Made by a program: the position numbers and the translations under genes. From Penicillus capitatus (taxonomy: Eukaryota; Plantae; Chlorophyta), in contig OZ287698.1 of NCBI GenBank assembly GCA_965649825.1, forward strand, positions 1,565,949 to 1,629,948: a stretch of 64,000 nt of DNA, written 5' to 3'. Of this stretch, positions 12,032 through 23,670 are shown in pieces. Below the pieces are notes generated by a model that was given only the letters and a program-made list of their open reading frames with translations, did not search any database and was not told the DNA's origin. The first letter of the stretch is position 1. The number at the start of each line of letters is the position of its first letter.

Positions 12032-14326
12032 TTAACTGCAATGGGTGGACAATAATCTTTGGATGTCGTCCACAATCTCGGAGAAAGAAGGCCTTCTCTC
12101 AGGCGTTTGATGCCAACACCTCTCTAGCAGTCTCTTGCAGTCAGGAGGACACTGTACTGTCAAATCTGGTCGATGTCCCTCTTTCGTCCACTTTTCCATC
12201 TGCTCATGGTGATCGAATTGTCTGAACGGACGTCTAGCCTCCATCATCTCCCACAGTGTCATTCCGAATGAATAGATGTCTCCAGCCATACCATCTGCGT
12301 GGGACTCCATCAGATTCTGCTGCCTTCCCATAAACTCGGGAGCCCTGTACACTAACGTCGTGTTTGGAGTATGCTGATTGTCATAGCCTAAAACCCTGCT
12401 GGTGCCAAAGTCTGCCACTTTTACACTCCATCCCCTGGGATCCACTGTCGTGGGTGTTTGTCGGACAGTTAATATATTTTCAGGTTTGAGATCTCCATGG
12501 ACAATGCCATTTGCATGAAGATACTTCATTGCCTCTGCCAGTTCCAATGACGTCAACAACAACCATCGCACATTCAATGATGTTCTGTCTTGTCTTTCGC
12601 AGAAAACCCTCCCTGCACAAACACAACCGACACCTGTTAGACAACAAACAGTGTGGTAGTTAGAGATCTGCTCACTCGTATGGATCAGTGTATGCAACGA
12701 CCCGTGATCGCAGAAATCCATCACCATGACGTCCCATGGTCTCTCAACAACGATCTGGCCATAAATGAGTCGCCGCTGTAAAAGTGCCATGACTTGACAG
12801 CGTTGACATGCATTCTGTCCATTGTGACAACGACAGGATGGAAGGCTTTGTACAATATGTTGTCCAGAGATGCCAATGCAATGTGCATGGGACTTAATAA
12901 CATTGGAATGGTCGACACAACGCACGATGGCGAACTCAAGTCGTCTCTGGGAATCCGAACAGGCTCTTGGTGTCCTTGCATTTCCAGGTGACAAGACTTT
13001 GATTCCCACTGTCCGATCATTGTATGTTCCTTTCAGGATGACGCCATTCGTTGACTCATCGGACACAACAGCTTCAATCTTCAGATACTTTAGAGGATGG
13101 TTTTGTTGTTCCCAGTCCCCTGCTTTATGCTGATTCATGGCTCTGATGACTTCTTTGTTTTTCTCTGTCATTTCTGTGCTTTCTGTTGTCTGATGCTCTA
13201 AATTCATTGGGCTTGGAGGATCTTGAATGAGAAGGTGATCCAGACTCTCTCTTATTGATGGAATCTTCTGTTGCAATATTGCAGCAAAAATGGGAGAGAG
13301 CGAATGAATCTTCGCACGTACTTCGTTAACTGCCCTAACTGTACGTGCACGGAGATATACGACCCCTACAAAGCCGTCTCCGTCATCACCAGCAGGCACC
13401 AGACTGAACTCGGTAAGAGACCTCACTGCCGGCTTCCGCAAAGGCAGTACTAGAAAGAAAGAAGGCGACCAACGATGCTTTGATAGAGCAGTCATCACAT
13501 CTGTCTGGAGGCTTCGTCCAGAAGCATCTTGAGCTGCGAAGGGAACTTTCACTCCAACAGGTTGTCGCCTTCTTGATGTCTCGATTTGAGCAAACAACGT
13601 TCCTTCGTCCGTTCTCAGAGGTACATGTTCCATGGAACGCTGCTGACTTGCCTCTACAGGCGTCTCTTGCTCCACAAACATCGATGCATAATTTGCTGGG
13701 GCTCGGCGAACGGCCACACTGACAGAAAGCACAGGTGCATGACGACGATAGAAATCTGACAGAACACCCATCGATATATGCCATGAATCGCTACGTTTCA
13801 TATCATAGATAGTTTGACACACATCAGTTAAAAACGCTGTCTGAGTCTTCCTGACAAAGGCATCCATTAGTCTTAATGTATGCCGAATCCCTATCTCGTG
13901 TTGTCGGAAGTGGTGTGCCTTAAGGCTGGCGAGAGTCAGCGTTCCCCAGATGCGTTGCGTTGAGTTGGGAATACATATTCCGAACGACAAAAAAGACAAA
14001 CACTTGCGAAAGGAGGCCCATTCTTGCGGCAACCGTTGTCCAAGACCGGATGCGTCGTTCTCTATAAAGTGGTAAGGCCCACTCGGTGCTTGGAGCCATG
14101 CCGCAGCACAGCTGCATTGCATCAGATGAGACATCTGAAACGCGCCATTCTCCTCAAACGTCACCGAAAAGAGCGGAGCTGTGCGCGAAAAGATTTCCAG
14201 ACGGCAAAAGTCCGAGGCTGTCGATTCTTTCGCAGCACGGGTCAGCCCGTGACAGCTGCTCAGGGGGTCGTGAAAAAGAGACTGAAATTTAGTATCCGCA
14301 TCCGACAAATCAACAGTGCCAGCCAT
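12032..14326 (-). CDS. TKL/Raf-like Ser/Thr protein kinase with long N-terminal region; ORF contains in-frame introns
   Basis: VGIKVL, LEFAI, MDFCDHGSL, HGDLKPENIL, KVADFGTSR, YRAPE, DIYSFG, CWHQTPERRPSF. Confidence 0.9.
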   Translation of the reverse strand: MAGTVDLSDADTKFQSLFHDPLSSCHGLTRAAKESTASDFCRLEIFSRTAPLFSVTFEENGAFQMSHLMQCSCAAAWLQAPSGPYHFIENDASGLGQRLPQEWASFRKCLSFLSFGICIPNSTQRIWGTLTLASLKAHHFRQHEIGIRHTLRLMDAFVRKTQTAFLTDVCQTIYDMKRSDSWHISMGVLSDFYRRHAPVLSVSVAVRRAPANYASMFVEQETPVEASQQRSMEHVPLRTDEGTLFAQIETSRRRQPVGVKVPFAAQDASGRSLQTDVMTALSKHRWSPSFFLVLPLRKPAVRSLTEFSLVPAGDDGDGFVGVVYLRARTVRAVNEVRAKIHSLSPIFAAILQQKIPSIRESLDHLLIQDPPSPMNLEHQTTESTEMTEKNKEVIRAMNQHKAGDWEQQNHPLKYLKIEAVVSDESTNGVILKGTYNDRTVGIKVLSPGNARTPRACSDSQRRLEFAIVRCVDHSNVIKSHAHCIGISGQHIVQSLPSCRCHNGQNACQRCQVMALLQRRLIYGQIVVERPWDVMVMDFCDHGSLHTLIHTSEQISNYHTVCCLTGVGCVCAGRVFCERQDRTSLNVRWLLLTSLELAEAMKYLHANGIVHGDLKPENILTVRQTPTTVDPRGWSVKVADFGTSRVLGYDNQHTPNTTLVYRAPEFMGRQQNLMESHADGMAGDIYSFGMTLWEMMEARRPFRQFDHHEQMEKWTKEGHRPDLTVQCPPDCKRLLERCWHQTPERRPSFSEIVDDIQRLLSTHCS

Positions 14327-14590
14327 GACGGAGAGTTAGGAATGACACCGTGATAGCAGGAAACACAACCAACAACTGGGATGATGCGAGACGGGAGCAT
14401 TTAACGGTCGTCATCTGGGTCCAATCGCAAAGACCTCAGCTAATAGTCTCATCAGCCGCGTCGGTTAGGTTAAACTCGACAAGTCTTCCCACTTGACTAG
14501 ACGCCGTGGAAGGTCGCCGCACAACAGTTAACGACACAAAACGTGTGGCGGAGCCATCTAGTTATCTTTGACTTTCAGCAACGTGTGGTT

Positions 14591-17456
14591 ATGGCGTCAA
14601 CGGACGCGGATGAGGTGTCGCATGCAGTACACCTTCTTTTACGGGATGTATGGAAAGCTGTGACCTCCTTAAAACTCCAACACTCGGCCACATCGTGGCT
14701 ATCGGATCATCAGTGGAAACAGTTCAAACAGCACTGCTTGCTGACAATGAATAGGACTAAGAAAGAACAATTGTCAATTGGCATTGTCGCATCTGCACAG
14801 GCAGGCATGTCCTCGATGCACAATTCTGCATGGGCACATGAAACGATGTGTTCTGCACAGGGAAGTCAACTTTGATGAATGCTTTGCTGGGAATTGCATT
14901 GCTGCCAGTTGATGTGGGTCTCCCATCAAAGCGACTGCTCACAGTGCATTACACACCCAGACGCAAGGGATCAAAGCTGAAACTGCTGGAGCCCAATGGA
15001 AAAATCAGTTCAGGTAAACACACTCTCTCCCCTTAACAGTGCACATATATGTGGATGGATATAGGTTTGGAGAGTGTTCGACAGCGACTCCATGAGGTGC
15101 TAGAGTCTTCGACGGATGACGACTGGCATATGGAGCCATCCCTTGAACTCAATGCTGCATTTTGTAAGTTCTTGGGGAGCGAGGGAGACACCAATGTCAA
15201 GTTGGATCTGGTGGAGATTCCTTCCCTCTCATCACTCGATCCGCAGATCCCACTCCGAGAAAAGATCAAGTCTTACTTAGAAGACTTGGACGGGGCCTTC
15301 TTTCTCATAGATGCGACGAAACTCAGAACAGAAGCCGAAGGGGAAATCATCGGAGAACTGAAAGAGGCCTTTCCCACATATTCACCTCAGAGCCATCGCC
15401 TCTACATCTGCGTGTCCAAATCAAACATTCCGATAGACAGTGAAGACATTGATCACACAGAGACACAGAACTATGTTGCCGCACTTCTTCAGGATGCCGG
15501 ATTCTATACCCATCCTTCACAGGTATACATCATTTGAAGATACTGCGCCTTATGCAATGTATCATCGCGTATGTGGCTGTAGGTTTTTGTTATGTCTCCC
15601 CTACATGCGTTGCTATCTCGACTAGTGATTTCCGACAAGAATGAAGCCGATGTTCATGCACAGTTCGGACGACTGGTTTGGGGAGATGCTGCTCAGACAG
15701 TGACGGACAAAGCTGTTTGGAAGGCCAAAGCTTCGACTGTTTTGGAACTCAGTGGTGTTCCGAAATTCGAAGAGCACGTTCTTGGGTTCCTCCACAAGAA
15801 CTGTGATTCACTGAAACTCATGTCTCTACTGGATGAGTCTATCAAGATCCTCCAAGTATCTATTCCCTGTCGGCAATATGGTCTCAATGGTGACACGCGA
15901 TTATTTAGTGCCTATTGGATGCAGCTCATTCTTTCAAGACCACGCTTTCGCGCACGCTCAATGAAATGCGTCATGGAATGGATTCGCTCAGAGTTCAGCT
16001 CGAAACCGGAATCTTGCAACTCGACTCGACGAAATCTGAACTTCAGCAGATCGAACAAGGAGTGAACATCAAGGCACATGCAATTCGGTGGAGAGTCTCT
16101 GTCAAACGAGGATGTCGATCTTCTATCTAGGTGAAAGAGATGCTGACAAAACTGAAGAACACGCTCCTACGACGTATCGGAACCGCCCTTTCATCCGAGC
16201 TGCGAGATGATCATTCCACTTTTGAGCTGCCTTGCGGCTGGGTCAACATCCGCCAAGACTTTCTTGCTTTAACGCACCACATTGAAACCGATCAAAAACA
16301 CGCAGAAGATTTGGTAAAGGAGCTGCACGAAGAAATCATTGGTCAAATCCGCAGTGAGATGGAGACAGCGTGGATGGTGGTCGAGGATCTGACACGAGAT
16401 CGACATTTCGAACACGTTCTCAGATCGAATCAAGATTTGGATCGTCTGTCAAAGTTACTGGAACCGATCGTCATCAAGGATTTGAACATTCAGATCGAAC
16501 CTGCAGATGTGAAGCTGAAACCTGTTAGCTCCCTCGCCTTCCAGAGAGACATTTCCGAGCTGCTGGTCTCTGCCATCAACGAGCAGACCATTGAGCGCAA
16601 CAACATCTATCGATACGTGTGGGGTGCCAGATACACTGCCTACCTCTTTGACGGTGGATCTATACGCGAGTTCTTCGAGAATATCATCAGGGAGATCACA
16701 GACGAAGCCATCCAACAGGTTCAGGCCTCTGTCCATCGTCATGTGTCTGGTCAAATCGCATCGTCAGAGGAGAAGGTTCGCGCTTTCGGGGAGATTTTTA
16801 AACAGGGCATTGAATCGGCCATCGAAGCACGGTTGCTGTCGATCAATACAAGCGCCACGTCTATGCAGAGAGTCATTGAAGACATTGATATGTTGAAGAA
16901 ACTCAAGAATCTGGCGGGCAGTCTAAGACGCCGCCTGGAGACGGGATTGGAGAAAGGGAAAATGTCCGAAATCGAGCCACAGGAGCCACAGCCAGATCTG
17001 GAAATCCGTGTTCAGCATCCAAAAGAAGAAATTGAGGGCACTAATGACCAGGGACGCTATGTCCCTCCCCGATTGCGTTCTGATATGGCTCCGACGCCTA
17101 AATTGAATGCAGGGGATCGCACAGATTCCTTTGCATTTTCAGATTTGTCCGAAACGATGATAGAGAGTCCGAAGTCGGCACAACATAATCGTTCGAATGG
17201 TGGAGATAATTGGAGAATAGCACGATCGAGCAGCTGGGGATGGAATTCATGGGCTGCTCAAGCAACGCCACCGCACAGTAGATCGCAGTGGGCACAGACT
17301 CCCCCTGTCCCTCCTCGCGAAGGACAAACCAACGCAGCAGCTGGTGACAACTTCAGCCCCCGTTCCAATTTTTTCAGAAACTTTCAGCAAACCCCGCGGG
17401 CATCAAGGGGCCGTGGGTCCGAGCATCCCCACAGATCGGGATCGTGGCAAGGTTGA
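14591..17456 (+). CDS. Bacterial-dynamin-like/mitofusin-type GTPase-fold protein with helical stalk and disordered C-tail, 5 introns
   Basis: After splicing the GC-AG intron 14805-14860: GIVASAQAGKSTLMNALLG...LLP; LVEIPS (G3 position); VSKSN (G4 position); VFVMSPLHALLSRL; SGVPKFEEHVLGFL; then coiled coils. Confidence 0.75.
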
Positions 17457-17597
17457 ATTGTTCTGTGTAGCTAGTCAGTCCTCAAGGCTGTTCTCTGATC
17501 TCGACTCACGTGTGCCGGTTTCGTTCTGTTTACAGAATCACACTTTCCTTTCTTTTTGTTTGACGGTTAGTAACTTGGAACACTGACTGGTTCTGGG

Positions 17598-17602
17598 TGT
17601 AA
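17598..17602 (+). terminator. Putative TGTAA poly(A) signal for the dynamin-like gene; an opposite-strand copy at 17530-17534 would serve UXT
   Basis: Motifs lie on the correct strand downstream of each convergent stop, implying overlapping 3' UTRs. Confidence 0.4.
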
Positions 17603-17626
17603 TACCTACCGCGTTGTTTCTGATTT

Positions 17627-18115
17627 TTACATATTGTCTTCCATCGATGCTGTATGTAGTGCCTCGATGCTCTGTGTCATGAATTCCATCGTTGCGCGAA
17701 CTCTGCCCATTTCGGTGTGGATCTCGCTCAGTTGACTCTCGCAGATCGATTTCAAAAGTGTGACCTTGTCGACAGCTTCGCTGTAGCTGCATGCAACATA
17801 ACATCCCAATCCGACATGGACAAAGACTTCCTCCGGCCGGCACACAATGGCCTCTACGGAAACGCCCGAACCCAATGGAGCCTGTCTCATCTCCATCTCA
17901 CGTAACGTGTTCAGTAACATGAGGTATTTGACTTGTGCCGTGAAGCTGTGGAGATTTTGACAATGCGTCAGCTGCAACGAAACGAGAAATTGTTCATAGT
18001 CGTCGATTTTCTGTACGAGACGTTCTTCCTTCTTTTGAAGAGCGGCGAGATCCACACGCAAACGACGCTCGATGAAAGCTTCGTAATCGTCCACCCTGGT
18101 CTCGTCTTTCGACAT
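17627..18115 (-). CDS. UXT: UXT / prefoldin-alpha-like protein, one 51-bp in-frame intron
   Basis: MSKDETRVDDYEAFIERRLRVDL...FTAQ|APLGSGVSVEAIV...VFVHVGLGCYVACSYSEA, matching the UXT pattern LKTQVDLG...IFVDVGLG. Confidence 0.8.
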   Translation of the reverse strand: MSKDETRVDDYEAFIERRLRVDLAALQKKEERLVQKIDDYEQFLVSLQLTHCQNLHSFTAQVKYLMLLNTLREMEMRQAPLGSGVSVEAIVCRPEEVFVHVGLGCYVACSYSEAVDKVTLLKSICESQLSEIHTEMGRVRATMEFMTQSIEALHTASMEDNM

Positions 18116-18210
18116 GACGTGTGGCTCGCGCCTGTCGTGTCCCGGAATTAACGAATCCGTTAGATTACAAAGGACGCGTGTTGCAATCCAGATGATTCCA
18201 GCGATGAGGT

Positions 18211-19224
18211 TCACTTCCGCTTCTTGCCCCTTCTAGTGCTGCTTTTCGATGTGACTGGAGGCGGAGGCGGTTCGGTACCCGTCAGCTTCTGGTACAAGGA
18301 CTTGAGTTTATTCCAGCCCAATTTCTCCTTCAAACGTGTCCTATCTTTTGGCAAGAATATAACAGTTAAGACAGCCAATAGCAGGAAACCGATTGAGAGC
18401 CAAAACGCCCAGGCAATACCTCCGTTGCGGTTCTCTTCGTCATGCGAATCTGAGTCGCCACCGTTGCTGCCTCCGTCATCTGATCCTCCTGATCCGCCTC
18501 CATCCCCACCCTTCCACGTTTCGACCTCGACGGGGGCAGGCCTTTTGGAAAGGACGTTGAGTGATGTTTGTCTCGCAGATCTGCCAGACATTAAAGCTGC
18601 GCTCTTCTCTTCTATGTCCAGAGGGAAAAGTGAGGCATAGATGTCGAAAACGTGCGTCAGTGTCTCCCTTTCGAGAGATTCTATAACCCGTTTCTCTTCA
18701 GCTGATTTTTCTTCTTTCATCTCCCGGATAGAGTGCACCAGCTGCATCAAGCTAACAGCACCATCCTCGCCCGATCGCATCGAATCCTTAAACTTAGTGT
18801 ACAACTGCTCCAGCATTTGTCTTTCAGCTGTGGAGAATCCCTCCTGTTTCTCAAAAGAGATGGCATCGAGCTGATCCATGCACCTCTTCAGTCTTGATGC
18901 ATCTTGGCGATTCAGGGCTGATAGTTGCATCTTCAATTCGATGATCTTCTGTTTGATGACATTAAACTCAGTGTCCACACGCAAAAGCTCACTCTCGTTT
19001 TCTATTTCCGTTAAATTCTGCAACACTCTGCGGCTCTCTTTCAGCAGGGCATTGAGATCGCTTAGATAACGTGACTGCCTCTGAGCATCTTTCTGGAGAT
19101 CTTCCAGTGGAACGGCCTTGTTGGAGACAAGGTTCTCAACATCTGAAATGACTCGCTCGAACGCAGCACTGGATTCTGTCCATTCATCGGAAAATCCATA
19201 GGCATCGTCACGTTCTTGTCTCAC
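18211..19224 (-). CDS. Hypothetical coiled-coil protein with Gly/Asp-rich linker, single C-proximal TM helix and basic tail; 5' exon unresolved
   Basis: 337-codon open frame with heptad-rich sequence, GGDGGGSGGSDDGG, TM IAWAFWLSIGFLLLAVLTVIFL, PPPPP and RRGKKRK. An acceptor CACAG precedes the frame. Confidence 0.7.
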   Translation of the reverse strand: MRQERDDAYGFSDEWTESSAAFERVISDVENLVSNKAVPLEDLQKDAQRQSRYLSDLNALLKESRRVLQNLTEIENESELLRVDTEFNVIKQKIIELKMQLSALNRQDASRLKRCMDQLDAISFEKQEGFSTAERQMLEQLYTKFKDSMRSGEDGAVSLMQLVHSIREMKEEKSAEEKRVIESLERETLTHVFDIYASLFPLDIEEKSAALMSGRSARQTSLNVLSKRPAPVEVETWKGGDGGGSGGSDDGGSNGGDSDSHDEENRNGGIAWAFWLSIGFLLLAVLTVIFLPKDRTRLKEKLGWNKLKSLYQKLTGTEPPPPPVTSKSSTRRGKKRK

Positions 19225-19530
19225 GGCTGTGAGCAGAAGACGGTAAACTGGATCGCGACATGGTCTTGAAAGCTTGCATCTATACCACCCTCCCTGCGCA
19301 GCACGCCATCGAATCTCGTTGGTTAGAAGAGTCCATCGCTACGTGTGCCATGTGCAAAGGGCACCTCAGTGAACAATACCGCATCGTGCGCTTCATGATC
19401 GGCACGATGGCAGGTTAGATCTCGCGCAATTAAGAAAGCTTCTCCACGCGCGTCACATCACTTAGCGTGGCCGCGTGCATACGTCTGTGTGTTTTGTTTT
19501 CGTGTTCGTCAAGTCGAGCAATAAATAAAG

Positions 19531-21314
19531 ATGGACAGTACGTTTCGGCCTTCCAAGGTCGTCGTTCACTTCGGCTGTGTGTCTGACAGAAACACGTCAA
19601 TTAAAACGTTCGCCACAAAACCTTAGAGCTAGAGTGTTGGTCGACATACCCCAAACAGTCCAGTTCGCCATTCTTTCGGCAAAAAACCTCGAGTCTCCGC
19701 CGACACGTTGGTGCTTTGCGCCTGCGCCTATCAATGCGTTTGCTGTCTTCAAGTTTCGAAAAATCCATGGTGCGTGCGCATGGACATCTGCAGCGAGATG
19801 AGTGACGGCAAAAATGTAGGTCGATCGTCTGTGGAGCACCGCACGACAAATCCCATCTGGAACATGAAAATGGTGGAGATTGGCACCGTGAGGCCTGACG
19901 TTGATGAGGAGATCGAAATTACCGTATATCATCGGAATAAAGTAAACTCAAACTCTGTGCTGGCGACAGCTACCTTTCCAGTTCATCGATTGATTGAGGT
20001 ATCCCCTCGCTGAGAAGAAGATCTACGTCTAGTGTACGGTGGGTATGTGAACTTTAGGCAGGCCCGGGTAACCATCAGAGATGGGTCCCGCTGCGCTCTG
20101 AGCGAAATGGAAAGAGCGTCGATCCGCCATTGCTTTTGATTAAGTATAATAATTTCCCTCAAGCATAGACCGACTGCATCAATAAGTCTCACCGTAGAAA
20201 GTTGAGACAGATGCAGCACTTAGATGTTTCTCCACCTCGGGTGCTCAGAATTCATACAGGTGATCTTGATTCGTTGACCGTTTCTCCTTGAGATTCAACA
20301 GCACTCTCAAGTTTGGATTGTTGACTGAGCACCAGGTGTTTGAAGTTATATACACCCGAAAACAGGATGCCCGATTCCTCAGCATTGAATGCATTGGATT
20401 TCATGAATGATAACCTATTTGGCAGGAAAAGTGCGAGATGACCGTTCGCAGAATGTAACAGTCGGGCTGACATTTCATGATCGACGACAAATTGGAGATA
20501 ACCGTTTATTACAAGTTTAAAGAACTTGTCCATTGCTATGTCGCACAAACAGCGTATCGGGAACCACCTCTTCATCGTCATTCCGCCAATCCCGATGATT
20601 TCATCCAGGAAACAACAGTTTTCTGTGGCAGCATGCCGTCTGTCGACGGCGACAGGATCGATGGGACGGACCGATTCTTGCAGACAACATTCTCGATGCA
20701 CTTGGCGATGCATAGAACAAGAATTACCTGTGGCACATCTCTATCGAAGGAGAGCAGCTATGATCTGAAAGAAAGAAAGCAAGCTCGCATTAGCTATTCG
20801 TGCTGCATAGCGAGCGCTATTGTGGGATTTTTCCATGCTGATGTCCATTTCCTGACTTAATCTGCAAAATTCTCCTACAGCGATATTCAGAAATGAACGC
20901 CAGAAAGGATCTCTCTCATCTCCTGAAAAAAAAGGTAAACCCGTTAGGCTGTTTTCTGACAAAATCAACAAATGTCATGTGTGAGATTTCTCAAACAGTC
21001 TTTTCACACTCCCCATCCGACAGTCCTCTTGGAGCCGCGTTGACTCTTGACCAAAAGCGTTCATCGAAAAACAACCCTCTCTTACGATGAACGCCGCTAT
21101 CCGGCGGAAATCGAGCCATTGCTATTCCTGTACAGAGAGTTTGGAGTTTTCAAAGATTCTGCGTAAATTTATGATGGAGGAGGACCAAGGCATGCGAACG
21201 CTACAAAAATGGCTTCAGATTCGATCGCGTCATAAACTTTATATCGGACGCTATTTGATTTGTTCTTTAACCAAGCAGAGCTTCTACATAGTCACGCACC
21301 ATTTTGAACCCTAA
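19531..21314 (+). CDS. Tandem C2-domain protein; ends uncertain
   Basis: Spliced C2: QFAILSAKNL...INAFAVFKFRKIH|GRSSVEHRTTNPIWN...IEITVYHRN...LATATFPV...WVPL. A second similar segment reads DKLEITVYYKF...YVAQT. Confidence 0.6.
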
Positions 21315-21776
21315 GTGCGGTAAAGGCGACGACAGCGCCCAGTAACCACGGTGCTGAGAAGACAGGTCCACTGAACAACGGCGCACGCGAGGCGAAAGGT
21401 AATTCACATATCATTTCCATGAGTTTCTACTTCCATGTTCACCAATTCGAGCTCGCACAGAAAAAAGCGCGTCCGCAGCACGCGTACTCGTCTGCTATCT
21501 TCGATTCTTTCTACCCGCGGCTTTGCGTTTTATGGTTGTCAAATGCGAAGGTGCCTTCAAAGGCCTGCGACCGTAGCTTCCACCCAACACCTTGTTCTTT
21601 TGTTTTCTGTTCTGGACGGATTTGCGTCCTGCACAGTTCCACGAGCTACATAGTGTCCTCGTTTGGCGTTTTTTGTCACAACGCGCTAGGTCGGTCAAAA
21701 GATTGCCGCGATTCCTGACAGACCGCTGCCTTGTTGGTGCATTATAAATGCACTATTGCTCTGTTAGGTGAACGCA

Positions 21777-23355
21777 ATGACGCAGAGAGGCGAAAAAGGG
21801 AATCGTGCGAAAGGAAGGCGACGCCAGGCCGCTTTAACGAAGCCGCCTCTTACGAGAGGAAAGCGTGCGAAGCGTGGCCGGCGCAAAGACTTCGCTGAGC
21901 TCTTTCTGCACTTGTCCATGATTGACAAGAGAGAGCTGGCTGCTATCGAAGGGCTGCAGTCCTTGAATGTGAAGAACGCAAAGGAGAGCGTCGAGCAGGC
22001 GCCGACAGTTCTACCTTCAAGCGTAGAAAGTGAACAACCACCTCGCTCAACGAGATTGTACGGTGGCGCGGCAGGTTTGTGCGATGGCGTCAAACGCTTT
22101 GTCGCCTTCGCAGGACGAAGCGACGGAGGCACCGCCGTTCATTTTAGAGTCCCGCAGGCTGCCCACGCTCTTGAAATTCCCGAGTCTACGTTAAAGTTCA
22201 TCGTCGACGTTCTTTCTCCGCTCGAGGTGCGTCGAGTGGCACAGGAGATCGGCGTTCGATCGAAGGCGCGAGTCCGCAGGTCGTGAAACGTGAGGGATGC
22301 GATGCTTGGTTGTGGACGGGGGCCGAACGAGTAGCAGAAATCTGCAGCCGCTTCCTGCAGCATCAGGCCGAACGTGAGCATCGCGGGAGACGCTGCCAGA
22401 CACTCGTCTTCTTTTCTTGCAGGAAAGCTGCCCGCTTCTGATACGTCGGAGAACTGCCTGGCGGAGTTCGTCGTCCGCCTCCTGAGAGTACTGACAGCAA
22501 CGAAGGCAAGATGGTGTCTGGGTGACAGACCCAGGCGGGATCGTCTTACCATAGGAACCACTTTGCTCGAGGCGCCTTCTTGCAGAGATGGAGGTGGAAC
22601 GATGTCCAGTGGAGACTGCAAACCTGCAGCAGATGCTCCGCAGCGTCTGTACAGTTCTGTCTGGCATCGACGTCATCGCGACCGCGCAGCTGGATTCTGA
22701 GCAAGTCTACGGCCCGCCTTCTGTTCTGCGCGCGATACAACACCCAACGGCACAGGCAGAACGCTGTGCAGAACCTCAGACTGCGCTGTCATGTGTTCGA
22801 CACGCACCCCAAGGAACAGCGCCGCAGTTATCCGTGCCAAATGGCGCCGATGGCACGGCGACCGTCCTGGAGACAACGCCGGACGCTGCCGCACCACGAC
22901 TATCTACAAACGCTACATTGGCGTGTCCATCGGGTGTCCCTGTGCGACCCCCGCCCATCGGCGTCACACAGGCAGCTGTCGTGGAGATTGTCGGGAACGA
23001 AGTGACTCAAGTTGGCACGATCGACGTTCTCGGACAGGGTTCACTGACAACGCACTTCGATCAGTACAGCGGAACCAACTCCGTCATAGCCCTTGCTGTT
23101 CCCGAGTGGATGCTTGCGCACACCGGCGGGTCCCAGATCGCCCAGTCCGTTCAGGTCTATGCATTCGAAGCTCCTCATCTTTGCAACCCGTTGGCGCTCG
23201 AGGCGCATCAGCCGATGAAGATTTCCTGTGTCTCGGTGCCCCGAGGATCGTTGTTGGAAGTTCTTAGCCACACGCTGACGGCAAAAAGATCAACGCCGGT
23301 GGCACTCAAGAGTCAGAACTGCATCAAACAAGCGTCCTATGCTGTGCGATTTTAG
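21777..23355 (+). CDS. Hypothetical multi-exon protein, basic N-terminus, no recognisable domain
   Basis: Long consecutive ORFs (21768-22286, 22374-22700, 22588-23355) can be joined by introns of about 50 bp. TATA-like ATTATAAA lies upstream near 21741 and TGTAA downstream at 23523. Confidence 0.5.
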
Positions 23356-23670
23356 GGCAGTCGCATGAGCCTTGTCCATTCATTACCAGCAGAATGCTGT
23401 CTTTTCTTCGTTGCTATCAGATCCCCCTTCGCTTCTGAGGCTATTTATTCTAAACAAGCTGTCTTAACGACAATGATTTAGTCTAGTAACCAAGAATGTG
23501 CAGCCGATATGAAACAACGGCCTGTAAGTCATGTCTGCTAGGACTGTTTTATGTTCTTAACGACATCTCCTTCATCTCCATGACTCATTTAAAGTAATCT
23601 ATGAACAAAGTGTTCCAAACTGACGGAGTTCGTTAAGGAGTAGAGAGTACAAAATGGTTCTCCGTGAGTG

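Noticed and set aside
11614-12041. Hydrophobic minus-strand ORFs downstream of the kinase
   Set aside because: Low-complexity T-rich sequence typical of a 3' UTR, with no domain.
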